This document shows, in pieces, positions 19,131 through 26,564 of a DNA stretch of 64,000 nucleotides. Every line of letters starts with the position of its first letter. Position 1 is the first letter of the stretch. Source of the stretch: Acidimicrobiia bacterium. GTDB lineage: Bacteria > Actinomycetota > Acidimicrobiia > Spongiisociales > ZC4RG35. A program made the position numbers and the translations under genes. The notes under the pieces were generated by a model that had not been told where the DNA came from, did no database searches, and saw nothing but the letters and a program-made list of their open reading frames with translations. The stretch covers positions 4,537-68,536 of the forward strand of contig DATKEA010000044.1 in assembly GCA_035544615.1 (NCBI GenBank). Reading direction: 5' to 3'.

Positions 19131-20032
19131 AGTTCGATGTCGAAGCCTGGGACCCCGCCTACGGCGCCCCTTCGGAGGCCGAGCTCGTCGACTCGACCGA
19201 GAACGTGGACCCATCGGTGGAGCTGGAGGCCGATCAGTGGCGTCCATTGCTACCTGAGAGCGACCCTGCGCCCGACATTCTGTTCGTCGACGGAGTGAGA
19301 CGGGTCGATGCCAATCTTTGGATAGATCGGGAAGGTCGTTTCCCCGGTTTCGGCCTTGCCGCCACCTTTGCCGCCGGTGCGGTCCGCTGCAATGGAGGCG
19401 CCAAGGTCGTGGCGGCGGAAGTCAGGCGGGGGGTTTTCACGGGCATCGATGCCGACCCGGTCGAGACATCCATGGGGCGGTATGAGGTGATGTCGACGAG
19501 GGGGTCGACCCCCGAGGAGCTGTGGCTTGGGATCCAGGAACGGATGGGGGACCTCGAGGGTCTCGTCGCCGAGAGCCAGGGCGACGCCGCCCTCGTTGTG
19601 GTCGATGGGCCTCTGTCGCACCGACGTCACGTGGACGGCGCGGTCGGCTACGTGAAGACCCAGCACGTCCAGTACCTTCCGGACGAGCTCCGGGCCACCC
19701 TGGCCGTGCTTCCCGTCGGTTATCGCACCCCGCTATTTCTGACCACCACGTCGTGGAGTCGATTCTCGTGGTATCTGAGGTTGGCCAACGGAACCGGCCC
19801 CGCCGGCGGTCTCGTCCGGTGTGAAGTGAAAGCTGACATGGGTGTGAGCGACGCGGCTCGTCTGGCCCATCTCGTGAGCGCTTCTCTGCCGAGATACGCC
19901 TCCGCCCGCCACAAAGACCCACGCGCCCCTCAGAACCTGTATCCGATCGGTGGCCTCGAGCGAGAGTTGCGCCGGCGTCTCGGCGACCGTGATCTGGCGA
20001 TGCGCGCCCTGCGAGTGGCAGCCGGCAAGTAG
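19127..20032 (+). CDS. NurA-like nuclease candidate (301 aa)
   Basis: GTGA overlap with the sbcC stop. ILFVDGVRR, an acidic MGDLEG region and a second ALVVVDGPL block resemble the DGS / E / DGSL pattern of RNase-H-fold NurA nucleases. Its position after herA-mre11-rad50 matches the archaeal operon. The call rests on context plus a weak motif. Confidence 0.5.
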   Translation: MKFDVEAWDPAYGAPSEAELVDSTENVDPSVELEADQWRPLLPESDPAPDILFVDGVRRVDANLWIDREGRFPGFGLAATFAAGAVRCNGGAKVVAAEVRRGVFTGIDADPVETSMGRYEVMSTRGSTPEELWLGIQERMGDLEGLVAESQGDAALVVVDGPLSHRRHVDGAVGYVKTQHVQYLPDELRATLAVLPVGYRTPLFLTTTSWSRFSWYLRLANGTGPAGGLVRCEVKADMGVSDAARLAHLVSASLPRYASARHKDPRAPQNLYPIGGLERELRRRLGDRDLAMRALRVAAGK

Positions 20033-20044
20033 GTGTTGGAAAGC

Positions 20045-20075
20045 GCAGTGGGAGCGGTGAGCCCGCTCCCACTGC
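20045..20075 (+). terminator. perfect 13-bp stem / 5-nt loop hairpin 13 nt after the nurA-like stop
   Basis: gcagtgggagcgg-tgagc-ccgctcccactgc read directly. There is no U-tract after it, which is common for high-GC actinobacterial terminators. Confidence 0.6.
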
Positions 20076-20494
20076 AGTGTGGAGGACCGCAATTACGTTG
20101 CAGTTGCGGTCGAATCCGGGCTTTCACCCGGACAGTGCTTTGACGCCCTGCACGCCGTGGCACTCAGTAGCACTCGGGAGGAATGCTTCTGGGCCGGTTA
20201 TTCCTTCGCCATCCGGGGGCATGCCCAGATTGTCGGCCACTTGATTGATCGCCTGTAAGGCCACCAAGAAGCACTCTCCGACCAGGTCGGCGACTATCGG
20301 GATTGGGGCAGCGTCTGACTACATAGCGGGAAATGACATGTACAAGACGACGGAAGAAGACGGAATACGCCTCCGGTCGACCCAGCCGATGTAGCCCGCA
20401 ACAACTCCGAGTCCGAACGGTCCACCACTCATGCACTATGCCCAGAGCCCCGCAAAGCGTGTCGGTAGCGACGTGTTTCCGACGATACCGGCTC

Positions 20495-20914
20495 TCAGAA
20501 CCCGATCCGGACGTCGCGCAACTGTGCCTGGGCGCGAAGCACGTCGAGCTCACCAGCTTCGAGGAATCGATCGAGCAGTATGTGTCTCTTCCGATCCTCG
20601 GTCACTACAACCAGACCCCGGTTCCTCGGCCGGACGATGGCTGCGATGTCATCCCATGCCACCAGTTGGCGGCGAAGCAGGCAGATTCGGTGGATGCCAC
20701 TCGAATTGACGTCGACGGCGATCGGGAAGTCGAATGCTGCCACGTACCCGAGCCCGGCGGTGAGGAGAGCGAGGAGCGCGGTGAGGAAAACGGAGGCGTC
20801 GACGGCCCAGGAGCCCCAGGCCGCGGCGAGGAGCAGAGGCGGGGTCGCCACGGAAAGGGCGATGCGCAACCTCGATTCGCTTAGCCTCAATCGAACAGCC
20901 TCACGGGGCATCAT
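20495..20914 (-). CDS. bacterial PH-domain membrane protein
   Basis: Two TM helices (LLLAAAWGSWAVDASVFLTALLALLTAGLGYV), then a ~70-aa domain (IHRICLLRRQLVAWDDIAAIVRPRNRGLVVVTEDRKRHILL) typical of the bPH fold. Start placed at the MM at 20914/20911. The 20959 start would overlap the upstream gene by 59 nt. Confidence 0.6.
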   Translation of the reverse strand: MMPREAVRLRLSESRLRIALSVATPPLLLAAAWGSWAVDASVFLTALLALLTAGLGYVAAFDFPIAVDVNSSGIHRICLLRRQLVAWDDIAAIVRPRNRGLVVVTEDRKRHILLDRFLEAGELDVLRAQAQLRDVRIGF

Positions 20915-21851
20915 TCGCGATATCCGCGGGCGCCACGGGTCGTGTCGACCCGGATTCACGTCTCGATGCGAGTAGGGCGCCCACGATCACCAAGAGCGAT
21001 CCAAGCACGGCCAAAGGTGCGATGCTCTCGTTCCTGAAGACCACCCCCAAGACAAGGGCAACCACCGGCATCAGATAGGTGATGAAGGTCGACCTGGTGG
21101 CACCTACGCTGCCGACGAGGGATCCCATCATCAGGAATGCGATGCCGGTCCCGAGAAATCCGACCGCCAAGGTGGCGGCGAGCGACGGCCAGGCGAACTC
21201 CGATCGGGTCAGTCCAAAAAGCCCGTACGGGGTCACCAGCACGGTCGCGACCATCAGGGTGCGTCCCATGACCGGGATGGTGCCATAGCGTTGTTGGAGT
21301 GGGGCGACGATGTTTGTGGAGAACCCGTAACAGAGCGTGGCGAGGACGACGAGGATCACACCGAGCGCCTCGGTGTTACCGGACCCGGCCGAGGGAAGCG
21401 CGATCGCCAGAATCCCGAGAAACCCGACGGCAAGACCGCCTACCTGGAGACGGCCGGGGAGTTGGCGGAGCAGCAGAGAGGCGATGATGGCGGTGAAGAT
21501 TGGAGTCGCTCCGTTGAGCATCCCGGCGAGTGCCGAATCGATCCACTGCTGGGCGATGGGGAACAGGGTGAATGGGATCGCCACCCAGATCACGCCGAGG
21601 AGGACCACGCGGGGCAGGTCCTCGCGCGGGATCCGTGTCGCCCTCGCCTGGGGCAGCATTGCCATCAGGAGAGCGCCGAACCCGACACGCAGCCAGGTGA
21701 GAAGCCCCGGGTGGAAGGCGTCGAGACCGATGGCGATGAACAGGAAGGATGCTCCCCAGATCAAGCTGACGGCTACGAAGCGGAGCCAATCGGCAGCGCT
21801 GAATGCCTCCCGGTTGGTTCCGTGCGATGTGGTCAGTAGTCGATTGCTCAT
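20901..21851 (-). CDS. EamA/DMT-family transporter
   Basis: 316 aa, 10 TM helices. WGASFLFIAIGL and a duplicated EamA-type half. Confidence 0.8.
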   Translation of the reverse strand: MSNRLLTTSHGTNREAFSAADWLRFVAVSLIWGASFLFIAIGLDAFHPGLLTWLRVGFGALLMAMLPQARATRIPREDLPRVVLLGVIWVAIPFTLFPIAQQWIDSALAGMLNGATPIFTAIIASLLLRQLPGRLQVGGLAVGFLGILAIALPSAGSGNTEALGVILVVLATLCYGFSTNIVAPLQQRYGTIPVMGRTLMVATVLVTPYGLFGLTRSEFAWPSLAATLAVGFLGTGIAFLMMGSLVGSVGATRSTFITYLMPVVALVLGVVFRNESIAPLAVLGSLLVIVGALLASRRESGSTRPVAPADIANDAP

Positions 21852-21956
21852 AGTGCTGGAACACCAAGCTTCCCAATGCGGTTGCGGTCGTCTCAGGAAC
21901 GTGTGAAGTCGGTCAAATAGTCCTGGTCGTCAGCAACGATCACACACTCGGCGAAA

Positions 21957-22955
21957 TCAGTTCTCCGACTTGGCGTCGCGAGTCATCAGGCTCATTACGG
22001 CGTCCCGTGGGTGCATTCCCTCGTGGAGCACGAGTCCGACGTGAGCCGCGATCGGCATCTCGATATCCTTCCGGGCCGCGAGATCGAGCACGGCGCGCGT
22101 GGTCTTGACACCCTCGGCGACCATTCTCATCTCCTGGACGATCGCATCGAGGCTCCGTCCCTGAGCCAGCCCGACACCGACCCGGTGGTTGCGGCTCTTG
22201 GTCGAGATACAGGTTGCAATGAGGTCACCCATCCCGGCCAGCCCGTCGAAGGTGGTGGGCCGGCCACCCAGGGCGATCCCGAGCCGGGTCAGTTCGGCCA
22301 GGGCACGTGTGATCAAAGTGGCACGGGTGTTGTCTCCGAATCCCAGCCCGTCCGACATGCCGGCTGCAATCGCCATCACGTTCTTCAGGGCGCCGCCCAG
22401 CTCGCAGCCGGTCACATCGTCGTGGGTGTAGACCCGGAATGTCGGGCCCATGAAGACCGACTGCAACGAGACCGCAGTCTCGGAATCCCCGAAAGCGACG
22501 ACCGCGGCCGTCGGCTGCCCGGCGGCCACCTCGTCTGCGAGATTGGGCCCGGTCAGGACCCCTATTCGTCCCGGGTCGTGCCCCGGTGACACCTCGGAGA
22601 TGATCTGCGTCATCGTGGCCAGCGTGTCCTGCTCGATTCCCTTGGTCAACGAGACGATTGGCACACTGGGGTCGATGTCCTTGACCGCCGCGGCAAAGAC
22701 CTCCCGGAATCCGTGCGATGGGACGGCCATGACGACCGCCGAGGCATCGGCGACTGCCTCTCGAAGGCGGGCGGTCGCACTTAGAGACTCGGGCAATCGC
22801 AACCCTGGGAGGTAATCGGGGTTCTCCCGGTGCTGGTTGATGTGGTCGGCCACCTCGCTCCGGCGCGCCCAGAGAACGGTAGGTGACGAACCGGCGGCGA
22901 GCAGGGCGGCGGTGGTGCCCCACGAGCCTGCTCCGATTACGGCGATCTTGGTCAC
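21957..22955 (-). CDS. gpsA: NAD(P)H-dependent glycerol-3-phosphate dehydrogenase
   Basis: 332 aa. MTKIAVIGAGSWGTTAA Rossmann start, LTKGIE, GALKNVMAIAAG, SRNHRVG. Confidence 0.9.
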   Translation of the reverse strand: MTKIAVIGAGSWGTTAALLAAGSSPTVLWARRSEVADHINQHRENPDYLPGLRLPESLSATARLREAVADASAVVMAVPSHGFREVFAAAVKDIDPSVPIVSLTKGIEQDTLATMTQIISEVSPGHDPGRIGVLTGPNLADEVAAGQPTAAVVAFGDSETAVSLQSVFMGPTFRVYTHDDVTGCELGGALKNVMAIAAGMSDGLGFGDNTRATLITRALAELTRLGIALGGRPTTFDGLAGMGDLIATCISTKSRNHRVGVGLAQGRSLDAIVQEMRMVAEGVKTTRAVLDLAARKDIEMPIAAHVGLVLHEGMHPRDAVMSLMTRDAKSEN

Positions 22956-23069
22956 AGCGGCACGCTACTTATGTAGAGCTGGGCCTGTTGCGCCGGTGAC
23001 GGCCGGTCAATGAGGCCCGATAGCCGATCCACGAGGTAGGGGACCCTTTCTCCCTAACCTGCGCGCGCT

Positions 23070-24152
23070 GTGAGTCTCTCCATTGGCATCGTCGGTCTCC
23101 CCAATGTGGGCAAGTCGACCCTGTTCAACGCCCTCACCAATGCCGGAGTACTCGCGGCCAACTACCCGTTCGCCACTATCGAGCCCAACACCGGGGTGGT
23201 GCCAATCCCCGACCCGCGTCTCGGTGTGCTCGCCAGTATCTTCAACTCCAAGCGGGTGGTGCCGGCCACGGTCACATTCGTCGACATAGCCGGCCTGGTC
23301 AAAGGAGCCAGTGAGGGGGAGGGATTGGGCAACCAGTTCCTGGCCAACATCCGCGATGCCAACGCCATCTGCCATGTGGTGAGGGGATTTGCCTCGACGA
23401 CGGTGGCCCATGTGGATGCCGTCCCCGACCCGGGCAAGGACATCGAGGTCATCGAGACCGAGTTGGCCATCGCCGACCTCCAGACCATCGACAAGCGGCT
23501 CCCCCGTCTCGATAAGGAGTCCACCATCGACAAGAGTCTGAAGCCCCAGGTGGACCTGCTCGGGGAGCTGAGGTCCGTGGTGGCCTCGGGTCGAAGGGTG
23601 AGCAGCGAGCCAAGGCTGATGTCGAGGAGAAGCGAGTTCGCCGATCTCCATCTCTTGACGGCCAAGCCGGTGATCTACGTGTTCAATCTCGACGAGACCG
23701 GAATGCGTGACGAGGAGCTGCGCTCCAGACTCTCATCGCTGGTGTCCCCGGCGGAGACGTTGTTCCTCGACGCCCAGATCGAGGCGGAGATGGGCGACTT
23801 GGAGGGCGAGGACAGACGCCAACTGCTCGCATCGGTTGGCCAGGAGGAGCCCGGCCTCCACGCCGTGATCCGGGCCGCCTATCGCACCCTGGGCCTGCAG
23901 AGCTTTCTCACCGCGGGTGAGAAGGAGTCGCGTGCCTGGACGATCCAGGCCGGGGCAACCGCCAACGAGGCAGCGGGAGTGATCCACAGCGACTTCGAGC
24001 GGGGGTTCATCGCCGCCGAGGTGGCCGACTTCGATCGGCTGGTCGAGGCCGGGTCGTGGTTGTCCGCCCGTGAGAAGGGCTGGGTACGCACCGAGGGCAA
24101 GGGATACGTGATGCGCCCAAACGACGTCGTGGAGTTTCGCTTCAATGTCTGA
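23070..24152 (+). CDS. ychF: redox-regulated ATPase YchF
   Basis: 360 aa. GIVGLPNVGKSTLFNALT, DIAGLVKGAS, and the C-terminal TGS-like FIAAEV...VVEFRFNV. Confidence 0.9.
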   Translation: MSLSIGIVGLPNVGKSTLFNALTNAGVLAANYPFATIEPNTGVVPIPDPRLGVLASIFNSKRVVPATVTFVDIAGLVKGASEGEGLGNQFLANIRDANAICHVVRGFASTTVAHVDAVPDPGKDIEVIETELAIADLQTIDKRLPRLDKESTIDKSLKPQVDLLGELRSVVASGRRVSSEPRLMSRRSEFADLHLLTAKPVIYVFNLDETGMRDEELRSRLSSLVSPAETLFLDAQIEAEMGDLEGEDRRQLLASVGQEEPGLHAVIRAAYRTLGLQSFLTAGEKESRAWTIQAGATANEAAGVIHSDFERGFIAAEVADFDRLVEAGSWLSAREKGWVRTEGKGYVMRPNDVVEFRFNV

Positions 24153-24175
24153 CCCGGCGCTGGTGCACCACTAGG

Positions 24176-26377
24176 TTGCCGCCGGTGACTCCACTGGCCG
24201 TCAACGAGAGTGGCGCGTTGGCCGCCCCCCTCACCGAGCATGAGGTCCTCGTCTTCCTGGTCCAACTGCTCTTGCTCGTCGGTGTGGCCAGGGTGTTGGG
24301 CTGGCTGGCGAAGCGGATAGGCCAGCCAGCCGTGGTCGGCGAGTTGCTGGCCGGGATCGCCCTCGGCCCGACCATCTTCGGCCGCTTCGCTCCTGAGGGG
24401 TTTGCCTGGGTGTTCGGAGAGGACACGGTTCGCTCGGTCATCTTCGGGCTGTCCTGGCTCGGTGTGATCATGCTGCTGGTCGTGATCGGATTCGAGACCA
24501 ATCTCGGGATCATCGCCCGGTTCAGGGCGGCCGCCCTGTCGGTCTCGGCCGGAGCTCTACTCGTTCCCCTTGCCGTGATGGTGCCCCTGGCCTACATGGT
24601 CCCCAGCGACTTTGTCGGCGTCGGGACGGAACGGGCCATCTTCGCCGGGTTCTTCGCCTTGGCCCTGTCGGTCTCGGCGCTGCCCGTCGTGGCCAAGATC
24701 CTGCTCGACCTTGGCTTTCTGCGGCGCAACTTCGGTCAGGTGACCCTCGCCGCCGGCATGACCATGGATTCGGTGGGGTGGCTGATCCTGGCTGCACTCT
24801 CCGGCATCGCCCTGGACGGGTTCCGGCCCGAACGTCTGATGAGATCGTTCCTAGGTCTGGTGGTGTTCGTGGTGGCGGCGGCGACAGTGGGCAGATGGTT
24901 GCTCGACCGACTCCTCCGCTTCGTCATGGCCAGGGGCTCGTCGGTGACTGCGGCCGTCTCCATCACCCTGGTTGCTGCCCTCGTTGGTGGCGCGGTCACC
25001 CAAGGGCTCAATCTCGAGGCGATCCTCGGTGCCTTCGTGGTGGGTGTCGTGGCGGCCAGCCTCAGGCACCAGGTGCCCCAGGTGCGGTCTGTGTTGGAGA
25101 CGATCACGGCGGCCTTCTTCGCCCCCATCTTCTTCGCCTTCTCCGGTCTCAGGGTCGATTTGGGCCTCCTCGAAGACAACAACGCACTGTTCTGGACCGG
25201 CGGGCTCATCGTGCTCGCCATCGTGACCAAGATCGTCGGCACATTCATCGGCGGATGGTTCGGGGGAATCCGGGGCCGGGAAGCCCTCGCCCTCGGCTCT
25301 GGTCTCTCCGCGTTGGGGGCGGTCGGAATCGTGGTCGCAATCGTCGCCCTGAATCTCGGAGTGGTCTCCGAGACCGGGTACACGGTCATGGTCCTCGCCG
25401 CCCTGGTGACCTCGATCGTCGCCCCCCAATTGCTCAAACTCGTGGTTCGAGGTTGGGAGGTCCCCCAGGAGGAGGCAGAGCGTCTGGAGAGGGAAGAGCT
25501 TCGCGCCAGCAGTGAGATCCTCGGCGCGAAGCGCATCCTCATCCCCACCAGGGGCGGGGCCAACTCGAGATACGCAGCGCAACTCGTCGGCGCGGCCTTC
25601 CCCGAGGCGGAGGTCACGGTGATGATCGTCGACCAGGAGCCCGGAGCCTTCTGGCGTCGCATCTTCCGCCGAGTGGAAGGGGAGGCGGGGGACCCGACGG
25701 AGCTGTTGGAGGAATTGCCCGAAGCCCGGCTCACGAGACGTCTCGCCCGCGACCCGGCCAGTGCCATCGGTAAAGAGTCGGCGTTGGGATACGACCTGGT
25801 TGTGTTGGGGGCGACCGAGGCGCGGGAAGGAACCTTCAACACCGTGATCGACCGGGTGCTGTCGCGGGTGGGTGTTCCCACGTTGGTGGTGCGATTCCCG
25901 GAGTCGTACCCGGTATCGGACGATCTTCCCCGGCGGATTCTGGTCCCGGTTGCGGCGACCCGGTCGACGCGTGCCTCCGAGGAGTTCGCCTACTCGGTGG
26001 CCAAGGCCGCCGACGGGCGGGTGTTCGCCCTCCACGTCGTCAACCGGCCCGACGGCCAGGGTCTCATCATCGAGAACGAGAGTGTCGACGAGGCGCTGAG
26101 GGCGGGCCGGGAGATGGTTGGCACCGCGGCGGCCTTCGGGAACAGGCTGGGCGTAATGGTCGAGACCGGGGTCAGGGTCGCCCCCAACGCCGAGGCGGAG
26201 ATCGTCGGTTTCGCCAACTCCGGGTCGTACGAGCTCCTGGTGCTGGGCACGAGCACCAGGTACTTCAGCGACCGGCCTTTCTACGGTCATCGGGTCTCAT
26301 ACATCCTGGAGACCGCCGCCATCCCCGTCGTCGTGATCAGTCTTCCCCCCAGTCGTCTCTCCAGCGGAGGTATCTGA
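24176..26377 (+). CDS. CPA2 cation:proton antiporter fused to two universal-stress-protein (USP) domains
   Basis: 733 aa. The N-terminal ~410 aa is polytopic with GQPAVVGELLAGIALGP, typical of Kef/NhaP-like exchangers. Two C-terminal ~140-aa blocks each end in LVVLG / LLVLGTS USP-like motifs. TTG start is uncertain. Confidence 0.75.
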   Translation: MPPVTPLAVNESGALAAPLTEHEVLVFLVQLLLLVGVARVLGWLAKRIGQPAVVGELLAGIALGPTIFGRFAPEGFAWVFGEDTVRSVIFGLSWLGVIMLLVVIGFETNLGIIARFRAAALSVSAGALLVPLAVMVPLAYMVPSDFVGVGTERAIFAGFFALALSVSALPVVAKILLDLGFLRRNFGQVTLAAGMTMDSVGWLILAALSGIALDGFRPERLMRSFLGLVVFVVAAATVGRWLLDRLLRFVMARGSSVTAAVSITLVAALVGGAVTQGLNLEAILGAFVVGVVAASLRHQVPQVRSVLETITAAFFAPIFFAFSGLRVDLGLLEDNNALFWTGGLIVLAIVTKIVGTFIGGWFGGIRGREALALGSGLSALGAVGIVVAIVALNLGVVSETGYTVMVLAALVTSIVAPQLLKLVVRGWEVPQEEAERLEREELRASSEILGAKRILIPTRGGANSRYAAQLVGAAFPEAEVTVMIVDQEPGAFWRRIFRRVEGEAGDPTELLEELPEARLTRRLARDPASAIGKESALGYDLVVLGATEAREGTFNTVIDRVLSRVGVPTLVVRFPESYPVSDDLPRRILVPVAATRSTRASEEFAYSVAKAADGRVFALHVVNRPDGQGLIIENESVDEALRAGREMVGTAAAFGNRLGVMVETGVRVAPNAEAEIVGFANSGSYELLVLGTSTRYFSDRPFYGHRVSYILETAAIPVVVISLPPSRLSSGGI

Positions 26378-26428
26378 CCGGTTCGGGCGGAGCCGTCTCT
26401 TTGTCGTAGGATGACGGGAGCCATCGAC

Positions 26429-26507
26429 ACCGAATGGGAGAGCCCCCAACGGGGCGCCGAAGGGGCAACTCCTCCCCGGAAACTCTCAGGCACGTGGACC
26501 GTTCGGT
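26429..26507 (+). promoter_or_regulatory. glycine riboswitch aptamer (single copy) in the gcvP leader
   Basis: The read matches the glycine-aptamer consensus: accgaa-tGGGAGAG-cccccaacgggg-CGCCGAAGGGGCAAC-tcctccccggaaa-CTCTCAGGCAcgtGGACcg-ttcggt. A 6-bp P1 (accgaa/ttcggt) closes it. It lies 58 nt upstream of the gcvP ATG. Confidence 0.8.
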
Positions 26508-26564
26508 CGAGGCGCCGCTGGAGGCAACAACAGCGGGGGAGGGCAGTCGCACCTGAGGAGAAAG

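Noticed and set aside
20108-20131. tRNA/tmRNA-like string ggtcgaatccggg (minus strand: cccggattcgacc) and a ..cctccaca.. nearby in the orphan region.
   Set aside because: There is no cloverleaf, no proper T-arm (GGTTCGAATCC with a flanking 5-bp stem) and no acceptor/CCA context. The tmRNA 5' and 3' consensus elements are not present in the right arrangement.
20164-20553. The 129-aa minus-strand ORF covering most of the orphan region.
   Set aside because: The translation is Arg/Cys/Ser/Pro-rich and non-protein-like. It overlaps the 3' end of the PH-domain gene in another frame. It has no SD sequence.
26508-26564. A second (tandem) glycine aptamer downstream of the first.
   Set aside because: Only a vague cgccg..ggaggcaac resemblance is present. 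It lacks the GGAGAG and CUCAGGCA..GGAC elements and is too short. It is more likely the expression platform.
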